Below, in pieces: positions 27,595-36,809 of a stretch of 46,268 nt of DNA (positions are counted from its first letter, which is position 1; every line of letters starts with the position of its first letter). The position numbers and the translations under genes are program-made. Below the pieces are notes generated by a model. That model was not told where the DNA came from and searched no databases. It saw nothing but the letters and a program-made list of their open reading frames with translations. The stretch is from a virus (lineage: Duplodnaviria; Caudoviricetes): IMG/VR virus record IMGVR_UViG_3300033485_000031, positions 1-46,268 of that record. One strand, given 5' to 3'.

Positions 27595-29135
27595 ACCCAT
27601 TGCGGGGCGCTCGGCCATTCCCCAAACTCAGCTTCATCTAGGTTGTCGAAGCCGGTGCTGAAATATTTCTGCGCCCCCGTGGCCCTTAAAACCCCTTTAA
27701 CCCACGCACGTTTTTGAGCGCGAGCAAACACGCTATGCACTAAATCACAAATGGGTGTCGCGCCATCCTTACGTTTGAAGGTCTTCTCGTTGCTATTGCA
27801 GGCCGCTATAGCCTCACCTACCTGATTATCAGCTCCAACCTTGTAGACCCGGCATCGAACAATAAACAGCACGATCTGATGCTCGCCAAAAAGCTGTATC
27901 ACTTCCTTCAAGACCTTAAAGCGCGGATAAATACCGAAGACCTTTGCAAGACGTTCCGCACCCACGTCAAAAAGCGCTGGTTTATTGCCGCACCCTGGAA
28001 TCAAACCGTAATCGTTTTTCCCATCCGGGGGACCGAAACTCAGAGCCCGCGTAATAAGGGCGTACAGTTCCCGATCCCGCGCGACCAATTCGACGGGAGC
28101 CCATAGCATCCTGGGCGGCTCAACTAACGCGATCGCTTTTGACTGTGCCTCGACGTTGGTTGCATCCCTTTCGGTTATGAGTTTGTTTTGAATGGTCTGA
28201 AATTCTTCATCACTCACTTCGCCCCCTTCCGGGATGGGCAAGCTTGGCGGTTGCGTCGTTGTTGTGGGGGCCTCCTCTATCGTTGAGCAGTCGATCGGCA
28301 ATTCATAGGCTACGCGCGCCAATTTAACCGCCTTCTCCACAGCTGATATGCCTTGCTCCTGGCATATTTTGATATGCTTTGGCGTTTTCCCATCAGCAGT
28401 TTTTTCGTCTGAAAATATAGCGGCTTGAATGGCATCGACAGTCTTCCAATTGGCCTTTTTTAGCAGCTCAATCGCTGTCTTTTCGCCGATGCCTGGGTAT
28501 GGACTGTTTTTTCCACCGTATCCATCGCTCGGATCCCCTGCAATAGCCTTTAGGCTAGCTACAAGCTTTGGATGCACGCCAAGCCATTCCGTAACAGCCG
28601 TGACATCCACAACGATCTTTTGGCCTTTGATCTTGCGCAACAGCCGCACTTGAGGTTCATCATCCCGCACAAGCTGAGCCAAGTCGCTATCATTGCTTCG
28701 GATGTCGCACGAGTGGCCAGCCTTGCGCGCCCACCCAACGACGGTGCCGATCACATCGTCGGCCTCGTATTGACCGATCTTGATGGACGTCTTGCCATCG
28801 TCTTCTGGGTTGGCGTCCTCTTTTGCAGGCGCTCGCATAACAATATACCCTGCCGCTTCGCAATTTGCAATCGTATCTTTGAGCGCAAGCCATAAATGCT
28901 GTGCGCGCTCTTCTCTGTCTTTTTTATACGTCGGCCATATCGACCTGCGCCAAGGAATTTGAGGCCAATTGTCTTCTCTTTCATCGCCGTCAACGGCTAT
29001 CACAACGCGATCATATTGACCACACGAAGCGATATCCTTCATGGTAAAATCACGCGGCAGATTGCCATCGGCATGTGCACCCGCAAGCGCTATGGTCCAA
29101 AATACTGATGATATGTCTACAACAAGAATATGCAT
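27582..29135 (-). CDS. 5'-3' exonuclease (PolI-N/FEN-like) fused to a C-terminal putative ssDNA-annealing domain
   Basis: LVVD, WRRSIWPTYKKDR, YEADDVIGT, SNDSDLAQL, GDPSD...PGIGEKTA (H3TH); C-terminal DYGLIPGCGNKPALFDVGAERL...AQKRAWV. Confidence 0.85.
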   Translation of the reverse strand: MHILVVDISSVFWTIALAGAHADGNLPRDFTMKDIASCGQYDRVVIAVDGDEREDNWPQIPWRRSIWPTYKKDREERAQHLWLALKDTIANCEAAGYIVMRAPAKEDANPEDDGKTSIKIGQYEADDVIGTVVGWARKAGHSCDIRSNDSDLAQLVRDDEPQVRLLRKIKGQKIVVDVTAVTEWLGVHPKLVASLKAIAGDPSDGYGGKNSPYPGIGEKTAIELLKKANWKTVDAIQAAIFSDEKTADGKTPKHIKICQEQGISAVEKAVKLARVAYELPIDCSTIEEAPTTTTQPPSLPIPEGGEVSDEEFQTIQNKLITERDATNVEAQSKAIALVEPPRMLWAPVELVARDRELYALITRALSFGPPDGKNDYGLIPGCGNKPALFDVGAERLAKVFGIYPRFKVLKEVIQLFGEHQIVLFIVRCRVYKVGADNQVGEAIAACNSNEKTFKRKDGATPICDLVHSVFARAQKRAWVKGVLRATGAQKYFSTGFDNLDEAEFGEWPSAPQWVQQS

Positions 29136-29165
29136 TTTAACTGCTCCTTTTGTCTTAAATGATTA

Positions 29166-29648
29166 TTAAATTAGCTGCATTTGTTTCGCGTAAACCGGAT
29201 CGATGCGCACAACTTCTGCGTTGCAAGCGGCGCGGATGTCCCTGGCAAGATACTGGGTGAGCTTATCAAGAGTGGCCTTGTCAGGCTCCTCTTTTGCCCA
29301 GACGATAGCCAAAAACCCGCATTCTTTTCTTGCTCGTGGCGTTAAAATTACCCACGGCAAAAAAACATCGTAGCGATTTAAAATCACAATGGGGTTTTCT
29401 TCCGGGCGCCTCATTACGGCCTTCTGCATTCTTATGCGGCAGGCTCCCCGCCTCCCTCTTGTGCCCATACGAGCCAGTTTACGACGTTGTTTGCGTATTA
29501 CAGGCAAAGCGAAAGGCTCTACGACGCTCGCCGCTACGTGATCAATAAACGCCCTTTGGCGTCTTTGATATGGATCCGGCGAAACTTTTTGAAACTCACC
29601 GCGCATCCAAGTCAGCTCCGCCACACCGATGAGGTTTAAACTTGGCAT
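29166..29648 (-). CDS. Hypothetical protein
   Basis: 160 aa; overlaps the upstream stop. Confidence 0.55.
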   Translation of the reverse strand: MPSLNLIGVAELTWMRGEFQKVSPDPYQRRQRAFIDHVAASVVEPFALPVIRKQRRKLARMGTRGRRGACRIRMQKAVMRRPEENPIVILNRYDVFLPWVILTPRARKECGFLAIVWAKEEPDKATLDKLTQYLARDIRAACNAEVVRIDPVYAKQMQLI

Positions 29649-30010
29649 TTTTTCGCTCCTTTATCCACAAGCATAGAAAAATCCAAAGTGATTCGCCCAT
29701 TGGGGCCATAGTAAAGCTTTCCAGGCGGCTTGGGCCGTGGCTTGCTTTTGCCGGCCAAAACTTCATCCACGGTCAAGCCCGTGACTCTCGCGCGGAGGTA
29801 AACCGCGCTCTTCTTCACGCCAAGGCGTTCCAGTCCGCTCCAATCGTGTGCCTCCTTTCGGCGCGGTTTCGCTCGCCCGCCCTTCCCAATGGCTTCCTCC
29901 GCGGTAAGGCCAAGGCGCTTCATCCGCATTTCCAAAGCCTTCGGAGTCAAACCAAGGCGCTCGGCAGCTTCGCAGAGAGTCCGCCGCGTCTCACTCACCG
30001 GGCGTGGCAT
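29636..30010 (-). CDS. Tandem HTH DNA-binding protein
   Basis: TLCEAAERLGLTPKALEMRM and LERLGVKKSAVYLRARVTGLTVDEVL. Confidence 0.7.
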   Translation of the reverse strand: MPRPVSETRRTLCEAAERLGLTPKALEMRMKRLGLTAEEAIGKGGRAKPRRKEAHDWSGLERLGVKKSAVYLRARVTGLTVDEVLAGKSKPRPKPPGKLYYGPNGRITLDFSMLVDKGAKKCQV

Positions 30011-30287
30011 TGCTTCTTCCTTCGTTTCCTGCCTGCGCCGCCAAGATTCCAAGCGTAGCCTCTTCAAGCTCGCCGATGACGATGAATTCGCCCGCGCTCA
30101 TCCCGCAGGCCTGCGCCAATTTATCGACCGTGCGAAACGTAGGGCTGATCTGCCCTGCGGCGACCCTCCGCGCGGTGCTTTCAGGGATGCCCGCGCGTTT
30201 GGCCAATTCGCTTATTTTAAGACCGGTAATCCCCAGCACCCTGGCGATTGCGTTCCCAATTGGGTTGTCTCGTGCTCTTTCTTGCAT
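29991..30287 (-). CDS. XRE-family HTH regulator (repressor or Cro-like)
   Basis: LKISELAKRAGIPESTARRVAAGQISPTFRTVDKLAQACG. Confidence 0.85.
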   Translation of the reverse strand: MQERARDNPIGNAIARVLGITGLKISELAKRAGIPESTARRVAAGQISPTFRTVDKLAQACGMSAGEFIVIGELEEATLGILAAQAGNEGRSNATPGE

Positions 30288-30375
30288 GACGCCCAAGTAG
30301 CAGATATGAGTGCAGTCGTCAACCAAAAAGATTTTGTTTGCGTTGGACGCGTCAATTGGCTATTTCGGCGTCATG
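30285..30375. promoter_or_regulatory. Divergent promoter switch with imperfect inverted repeat including both ATGs
   Basis: Left TTGACG-N16-CTACTT-N7-ATG; right TTGCGT-N16-CTATTT-N7-ATG; no SD on either side. Confidence 0.6.
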
Positions 30376-31149
30376 AGCAACAATTCTGTTTTGTGGACCG
30401 GTTTCGGGGTGAGGCATGAGCAGCCTCCTCCATTAGGCGTTTGGCTCGTTGATCCTCCATGGAGATTTCGCGATGGGTACGGGCCGCGGGGCAGTGATGG
30501 CAAGTACGGATCGATGTCGCTGGACGAGTTGAAAGCGATGCCTTTGCCGCCGTTGGCGAAGCACTGCGCGCTCTTCCTTTGGCGAGTCACTTCCCAGCAA
30601 GAGGAAGCTTTCGAACTCGCGCGGGCGTGGGGATTCGAGCACAGCGGGGCCGAACTCGTTTGGGTCAAATATCGCGAGTGTGCCCTTTGCGCAGGACTTG
30701 GAAGAGCGGACCTCACAAAACTTGAAGTCTGCCACGGATGCGGCGGGGAAGGTGAACATCGCCTCATGGCCAACGGCTGGACGCTTCGCGCCTCGCATGA
30801 GACCTGCCTAATCTTTCGGCGCGGGCGCCCGAAGGTTTTGAACAACTCCACGCGGAGCGTGATTGAGGCCCGGCTTCCCATCGAGCTCGTTCCCCGCACG
30901 GGCAAAAAGCCCGGGATGAAGCGCGTCTCTATCCACTCGGCCAAGCCCGAGGTGTTCGCGGAAACTGCGCGCATGCTGTTTGCGGGGCCTTACGGCGAGA
31001 GTTTTGCCCGCTATGCTCGCCCGGGATGGTGGTGCAGCGGAAAGGAGTTGGGGATGTTTCACGGGGTCGATGCGGGCGATCGCTTTCGAGTGGACATTCG
31101 GCATCGTTCGGCCGCTTTTCCACGAAAGGCCAGCGATGAAAAGGCTTGA
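30373..31149 (+). CDS. MT-A70 family N6-adenine methyltransferase with zinc-finger insertion
   Basis: VDPPW, Y.SMSLDELKAMP, LFLW, AWGF, LVWVK, RASHETCLI, HSAKPE, ESFAR..RPGW; CALCAGLG and CHGCGGEG insertion. Confidence 0.9.
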   Translation: MSNNSVLWTGFGVRHEQPPPLGVWLVDPPWRFRDGYGPRGSDGKYGSMSLDELKAMPLPPLAKHCALFLWRVTSQQEEAFELARAWGFEHSGAELVWVKYRECALCAGLGRADLTKLEVCHGCGGEGEHRLMANGWTLRASHETCLIFRRGRPKVLNNSTRSVIEARLPIELVPRTGKKPGMKRVSIHSAKPEVFAETARMLFAGPYGESFARYARPGWWCSGKELGMFHGVDAGDRFRVDIRHRSAAFPRKASDEKA

Positions 31150-31876
31150 TGCGTTGGCGGTGCCGCTTTGCCTTTTGGATGACCGGGCGTGGCGGGTTTT
31201 GCTTTCGCTGAACTTCATTGCCGATTCGGGCGGGGCTGTGGACTTTGCAAGCCTCGGTGTGCTTTCTGCACGTATCTACGGCGATTCCGGGCGCGCGGGC
31301 GAGCTCTCTGCGGCTTTGGATTCGCTGGCCAGCTCCAGCGCCGGCGGGCCGTGGATTCGTCGCACTGAAAACCGAATCGAGTTGCTGGCCAAGACCAAAA
31401 ATAAACCCGCTGCGCGAGCCGTCCAGGCCTCGATCGCTGTCGTGGCCACTTCGGATCTAACCGAGCGGCAAAAGCGCATCGTGGCCGCCCTCGAATCGCT
31501 TCCCGGGGCACCCAAGGTCTGGCCAGAGATCGAGGCCTTCGCTCGCCGGCTGGAACTTGCCCGCCCTGATGTCGAGATCGAGCGGGAAGTAAATGCCGCT
31601 GGGCTTTGGCTTCAAAGCAATCCGAGCCACGCCAAAAGCAACCTTGCCCGCTTTGTTTCGAATTGGATTTTGAGGTGCAGGCCTTCGGATGCGGCGGCGC
31701 CCACGGAGGATGAGGCCGAGGCCGAGTCTTTGCCGCCCTTGGTTGAGGCCGCGGCGCTTCATCCGCGCGTAGCCGCGCTTTCCAAGAGGGCCGAATTTTT
31801 GGGCCCCAATTTGGCTGCCTTGGCTGGGATTGGGCAATTTGCAACGAACGAAGGGAAGGAAACCGATGGGCGATGA
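31136..31876 (+). CDS. Putative replication initiator or helicase loader
   Basis: Directly upstream of DnaB; WLQSNP..KSNLARFVSNWILR resembles phage O-like C-terminal segments. Confidence 0.55.
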   Translation: MKRLDALAVPLCLLDDRAWRVLLSLNFIADSGGAVDFASLGVLSARIYGDSGRAGELSAALDSLASSSAGGPWIRRTENRIELLAKTKNKPAARAVQASIAVVATSDLTERQKRIVAALESLPGAPKVWPEIEAFARRLELARPDVEIEREVNAAGLWLQSNPSHAKSNLARFVSNWILRCRPSDAAAPTEDEAEAESLPPLVEAAALHPRVAALSKRAEFLGPNLAALAGIGQFATNEGKETDGR

Positions 31877-33449
31877 TTCACGCGCCTTGAAGCTCGTAGC
31901 TTCGAAAAGGGCTCTCTCCAAAGATCAGCGCGAAGCTCTTGTTTCACGGGCTGAAAAGCTCGGCTTCGACGCCGCAATGCGCTCGATGGGGGCGCTCGAA
32001 TTGGCGCCCCCTCATGATCTCGATGCAGAAGCGGCCGTGCTTTCGCATTTAATGCTTAAACCACGCGAATTCTTGCGCTTTTCCGAGGTGCTCCAAAAGG
32101 ACGATTTTTATTCGGAAGCCAATCAAAAGATTTGGCATGCGATTGAGGATTTGCTTCAAATGAATCGCGAGCCCGATATCGTCGCAATTAACGCCTATTT
32201 TCGAGAACGCAATTGGCTCGTTCAAATCGGCGGACCGTCGTATTTAGCCCAAATAATCGAAGGCACGCCCATCATCCCCGATGCGAACTATTTGATGCAT
32301 GCAAGGACGTTGGCGAAGCTTTCGCGGCGCCGAAAAATTGCCTCTACCTGCCAAGTTATTGCGGCCGAATCGTACAACGAGCTTTCGGAAGATTGGGAAA
32401 CCGATGTTTTGGCCCGCATCCACCGTGCGGCCGAATACAATGAAATTGGGGAGGATGATTGTTCTGTTAGCGGCGCCGTCCGGGATGCCTACGATTCAGC
32501 CGTTGCGCTCACGCAATCCACGAAGGCTTCGCCGTGGTTCCCCTTGAGCGATCTTGATTCAATACTTGGCCGGGAGCTTGGGCAAAAGGTTGTTTTGATC
32601 AAGGGTAAATCGGGCGGCGGGAAAAGCGCTTTTGCCGGGGCCTTCGCTGTCGAGGTTGCGGCGGGCTTTGATGTCGAGCAATACGATGACAACGATGCAG
32701 TTCACAGGTATTGGCGGCACAAAAAGCGCATTGAAGACAACATTTTGCACATCCCGCGGGGTGTTGTTTTGTTTTCTCTCGAAATGCGCCGGGCTGAAAT
32801 CGCAATGCGACTGTGTTGCTCTCAAGGACTCGTCAATTCCGAAACGATAAAACACAATTTAATGGGCGCCGATGACTGGCGCAGATTTAACGCGGCTGCC
32901 CAATTTATTCAGGACTTGCCATTAAAAATAGACGATCGCGCGCCTCTTACCTACCCCAGAATGAAGCTCAGAATAAAGCGCATTGCCGACGAATTCGCCG
33001 CTGTTGGTGTTCGCTTGCGGCTTGTGATTGTTGATTATGCCCAGCTTTTAAGCGCTCCACCAAATTCCGGCGTTTCTTCGAAGGAAGAGCTTCTTTCTGA
33101 CATCGGGCAGCGCGTGAAAAACGAAATCGTTGGTGGTGCTGACAGCAAGCTTTGTTTTGCTTGGCTTACGCAGATCGATAAATTGACAGGCGAACCTAAA
33201 CACTGCAAGGCCTTGTTTGAACACGCGGATATCGTGATCAAGATATCGGCGGAGAGTGCAGCGGCCAAGGGGCGTGGAGATTCGCCTTCAATGCCACGCC
33301 GCACGAAGATCGCAGTCGAAAAGAATCGTGGCGGGCGCGGCGGTGATGATGTTTTTGCGCATGGCTGGTTTCACAAGGCCTTCACGCGGTTTCACGATGC
33401 CGAATCGATTTACGCGGATGCGCCGCAATACAATCAGTATGGAGGCTGA
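31866..33449 (+). CDS. dnaB: DnaB-like replicative helicase
   Basis: PPHDLDAEAAVL, DFYSEANQKIW, Walker A GKSGGGKS, LFSLEM, VIVDYAQL, ADIV, VEKNRGG. Confidence 0.93.
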   Translation: MGDDSRALKLVASKRALSKDQREALVSRAEKLGFDAAMRSMGALELAPPHDLDAEAAVLSHLMLKPREFLRFSEVLQKDDFYSEANQKIWHAIEDLLQMNREPDIVAINAYFRERNWLVQIGGPSYLAQIIEGTPIIPDANYLMHARTLAKLSRRRKIASTCQVIAAESYNELSEDWETDVLARIHRAAEYNEIGEDDCSVSGAVRDAYDSAVALTQSTKASPWFPLSDLDSILGRELGQKVVLIKGKSGGGKSAFAGAFAVEVAAGFDVEQYDDNDAVHRYWRHKKRIEDNILHIPRGVVLFSLEMRRAEIAMRLCCSQGLVNSETIKHNLMGADDWRRFNAAAQFIQDLPLKIDDRAPLTYPRMKLRIKRIADEFAAVGVRLRLVIVDYAQLLSAPPNSGVSSKEELLSDIGQRVKNEIVGGADSKLCFAWLTQIDKLTGEPKHCKALFEHADIVIKISAESAAAKGRGDSPSMPRRTKIAVEKNRGGRGGDDVFAHGWFHKAFTRFHDAESIYADAPQYNQYGG

Positions 33450-33451
33450 GC

Positions 33452-34174
33452 GTGTTCCAAGCCGTTTATTTTGAATTCAAAGTGTTGAGCGAGAACCACT
33501 ATCGAAGCGTGAACAATCGCTTTGCCGCCCAAGGCGCCGATAAAAAGCAAAAGAAAGCTTTTTCTGAGGCGCTTTCTCGATTGAAACAATTCCCGCTTTA
33601 CCTTTCCGATGGGCGGCCAAACGAATTCAAGATCAAATTGGTTCGTGTGGCTAACAGCGCGCTTGATTACGGCAATTTTGTTGGAGGTGTGAAAGCCGGG
33701 CAGGACACCATCGCCGAATGGATCGGATTGGACGACGCTTCAACGAAATTGAAATTTGAGTATTTGCAACAGCGTTGCCCGCGCGGCTTTTTCGGCGTCC
33801 TCATCGAGATTGAAGACCTTTCCGAACTCTACGAGCACGAAATTGTTTTGGGCGATTGCCCGCGCCGGGAAGGCCAGGCCGAGCGTGATCCATCGTGGGC
33901 GCCCAAGCGCAATGGCGGGCAATTCAAACGCGCAAAGAAGACCGCCAAGTCACCGAAAGAGCCCGCGCTGTTTTGCTGGGTTGTTCTTCCTTGGATGCAG
34001 CGGGCGGGCGAAGGCACCTGCGCCACGCGAATCTTTTCTGGTCTAAAAGATGGCGAGGTGCCTCCACAAACTATTTGGATTGATGACCCGAATGGCTTAA
34101 AGATTCAATTCACGCGCACACGGCGCAATTTTGGTTCCCCGCTTGGGGAAGTTTGGTTGTTTCAAAGGAGCTAA
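33452..34174 (+). CDS. RusA-like Holliday junction resolvase with C-terminal extension
   Basis: LDYGNFVGGVKAGQDTIAEWIGLDDAS fits the D..N...K...D...DD spacing. Confidence 0.6.
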   Translation: MFQAVYFEFKVLSENHYRSVNNRFAAQGADKKQKKAFSEALSRLKQFPLYLSDGRPNEFKIKLVRVANSALDYGNFVGGVKAGQDTIAEWIGLDDASTKLKFEYLQQRCPRGFFGVLIEIEDLSELYEHEIVLGDCPRREGQAERDPSWAPKRNGGQFKRAKKTAKSPKEPALFCWVVLPWMQRAGEGTCATRIFSGLKDGEVPPQTIWIDDPNGLKIQFTRTRRNFGSPLGEVWLFQRS

Positions 34175-34176
34175 AC

Positions 34177-34659
34177 ATGGCACGCACAAAGAAGAATTCT
34201 GAAACCAATTCGACAAATGCACCGAAAGATGATCCGGAAAAGGACATCGAAAGGCGGCAATTCAAAAGGGAATTGCCCGTGCCTCTCCAGGGTGAAGAGC
34301 TTAACAGAAAAGCGGTAAAAGCCGCTCAGCAGAGGGCGCAAGCCGCCGAAATGCAACGCGAGCTTGACGATGTTGTGAAGCCCAAAAAGCGCGCCATCAG
34401 GAAGCTCGAAAGCGATGCGGCCAAGCTTGAAAAAGAGGTGGCCGAAAAGTCAAAAACCGAATTGGTTTTGTGTGAGGAGCGGCGTGATTTTCGGGTAAAC
34501 GAAGTAATTGTGGTCCGCTGCGATACCGGCGAAGTCCTCGATGGAGGGCCGCGGGCTCTTACCGGAATGGAGCGGCAACGGTCGATGAAATTGTCCGATG
34601 CGAAGGCCGAAACGGTGGTGCTGCCTGATGCGGCGGAAAAGGGCGCGGTGAAGCCATGA
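34177..34659 (+). CDS. Hypothetical coiled-coil protein
   Basis: AAGGAG RBS. Confidence 0.7.
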   Translation: MARTKKNSETNSTNAPKDDPEKDIERRQFKRELPVPLQGEELNRKAVKAAQQRAQAAEMQRELDDVVKPKKRAIRKLESDAAKLEKEVAEKSKTELVLCEERRDFRVNEVIVVRCDTGEVLDGGPRALTGMERQRSMKLSDAKAETVVLPDAAEKGAVKP

Positions 34660-34883
34660 AAGAGGTCATTGCCGCGCGTGTGAAGGCCCGCATGGAGGCG
34701 CTGGGCATGAAGCGTGTGGATTTGATCAGAAATGCTGGCGTATCTGGTCAAACCATTGACGGACTGCTCAGGGCAGAAAAGGATTACTCATTAAGCGTTT
34801 TGACTTCTGTTGCCAATGGCCTCGGGATGTCTCTGCGCGAGTTTTTGGGTGCTGGGCTAAATAGCCCAAGCGATTCCCGATAG
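34656..34883 (+). CDS. XRE-family HTH protein
   Basis: MKRVDLIRNAGVSGQTIDGLLRAEKDYSLSVLTSVANGLGMS. Confidence 0.8.
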   Translation: MKEVIAARVKARMEALGMKRVDLIRNAGVSGQTIDGLLRAEKDYSLSVLTSVANGLGMSLREFLGAGLNSPSDSR

Positions 34884-35014
34884 GCGCGCACGATTCACGC
34901 GATCGAGTTTCCCGCGTTCCGCCCTCGCTCATCCCCATTCCGAGCAATTCAATCGATGGTCTTGTAATGCCGTGTAAGGCGGACATTGATTGTCCTACCA
35001 CGCTCACAATTATC

Positions 35015-35042
35015 TTGAAGCCCTTGTTTTCAAGCCTATAAT
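35015..35042 (+). promoter_or_regulatory. Promoter TTGAAG-N16-TATAAT with CTTGAA/TTCAAG palindrome, upstream of the transposase
   Basis: Consensus -10; operator-like palindrome overlapping the -35. Confidence 0.6.
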
Positions 35043-35180
35043 GAACATCTCAAAATAAAAACGCCATCCCGCTTGCTGGTAACAATCGAGATGGCTCCGA
35101 TGCCTGAACGGTTGCCCGTCCCGCACTCTCAACAAGCGGAAGGGTAGGACAGCCGTTCGGAAAGGTCAAGGGCTTTTTCG

Positions 35181-36248
35181 ATGAACGTGCTTCCCTTGTC
35201 GAAGCGCGCGGAAGTGGTCGCGCATCTCACGGATGGGGCCGGCGTGCGCACATCATCCCGCTTGTGTCGGGTGCATAAGAACACCGTTTCATCCTTGGTT
35301 TTGAAGGTCGGCCAAGGGTATTGGAATCTGCACAATAGGCTTGTGCGCGGGCTCCAAGTGCATCGCATCGAGGCCGATGAGATGTTCACCAATGTTTTGA
35401 TCCGCCAAGCGAACCTTCCGCCGAATTGCGACGATTCCGAGATTGGCGAGCAATGGGTATGGGTGGGCATGGCCACGGCTTCGAAGCTTGCGATCTCGCT
35501 TCATGTGGGCAAGCGGACAGCCGAGAGCGCGTATATCTTCGCCCGGGACCTTCGGGCAAGGCTCGCGACCATCCCGTTTATTTGCACGGATGGGCTTGTC
35601 GAATATGTGGACGCCTTCAAGACGCACTTTCGGGGCGCGGCCGACCATGCCCGCGTGGTGAAGAACTTCGGGCGAAAGAAGGACTACGACAAGGTTGCGC
35701 CGCCCCGGGATATGGTGAGCATCGAGAAGCGCGTTGGAAGCGGCGATCCCGATTTAGAGGCTGCTGGCACGAGCTACGTGGAACGCTTCAATTTGACCTT
35801 GCGCCATTACCTGCGAAGGCTCACGCGCCGATCGCCCGGGATGTCCAAGAGCTTGCGGCACTTGAAGGCGATGCTCGCGATCTTCATGGGCGTTTACAAT
35901 TTCGTGAGGCCGCACGGCTCCCTGCGATGCACGCCCGCGATGGAGGCCGGGCTCACGGATCATGAGTGGACAATGGAGGAATTCATCGAGGCATGCCTTG
36001 AAGCCGAGCCTTGTCCGTTGCCCGTTCCCCGGGCTCTTGAGCCTCACCCCGATGCGAATAAGCGTAAGACGGAAACGAAGCCCGAAGGCCGAGGCGCGAT
36101 GCGTAGAACGTCCACGGGCGCCGTCTTGCGTGCCGTCCAGGGTGGGAAGGGGACGCCGCCGATCTCAAAGAAGCACATCCCCGCCTTGGCCCGATGGGTT
36201 CAAAGGGAGCTGTTCGATGGGCTCGATGAGCCGCCTAAGCGGGAATAA
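35181..36248 (+). mobile_element. IS1-family DDE transposase (single ORF); element ends not identified
   Basis: HTH GAGVRTSSRLCRVHKNTV; IEADEMF, HVGKR, CTDGL..Y, TSYVERFNLTLRHYLRRLTRR...SK, YNFVRPH...TPAMEAGL. Confidence 0.85.
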
Positions 36249-36310
36249 AAAAGCACAACCCAACACCCGGGGATGTTGACAAAGCAAGATAAGAAAGTCT
36301 TCGCATCAGC

Positions 36311-36485
36311 AAAAGAGTGATGCAGCCTATCGGCTCACAAGTTTCAATCCACTCGCGCGCGGGTTCCGCATGCGAGGATTACGCTTGTATCCAAGGTGAT
36401 CCGAATGGGCCAACAATTTGTGGTGGGGTATTTTTATAGGAGAACATTTGTGTGTTCTTGTGAGCCGTAGGCTCATCTTCTTTTT
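36311..36485. ncRNA. Candidate structured ncRNA enclosing the solitary repeat
   Basis: 36311-36341 pairs, with three bulges, with 36457-36484; internal hairpins. Confidence 0.5.
36341..36376 (-). CRISPR. Solitary CRISPR-repeat-like unit (type I-C-like); no array
   Basis: Minus strand CTCGCATGCGGAACCCGCGCGCGAGTGGATTGAAAC: hairpin plus the canonical GTGGATTGAAAC 3' end; intergenic, single copy. Confidence 0.65.
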
Positions 36486-36614
36486 GATACGATTTTTGTT
36501 GCAGATCCAAAAATTAATGGCTTATACACGATCGCGTTGTGAAGCGCGCTGCGCGCAGCGCGCATCGCATCTTTTGAACCAAGGCTTTGCTTATCGACTC
36601 CGATTCTTCGCTTT

Positions 36615-36754
36615 AAACAAAACAAAACCCGAAGCGACATCACCCGCTTCGGGTTTTCGAATTGAAGTACGTCGCGACACCTCAAAAGCCCGCGACGAAC
36701 CCTTCTGCCCCAATTCGTTGCACGATATTATGCGACGCGGGACGGGTTTGTCAA
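36615..36754 (-). ncRNA. Candidate sRNA of about 100 nt with own promoter (TTGACA-N16-CATAAT) and terminator
   Basis: Promoter 36754-36727; nested stems GAATTG/CAATTC and CGTCGCG/CGCGACG; 13-bp terminator stem 36624-36657 plus U tract. Confidence 0.5.
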
Positions 36755-36809
36755 CGGTTTTTTTGATGTCGCGCCTCATGGGGATTTCCCCGGAAAGGCG
36801 GCATCCACG

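Noticed and set aside
36250-36500. True CRISPR array or retron msr-msd
   Set aside because: Only one repeat is visible and there is no cas or reverse transcriptase gene in the genome
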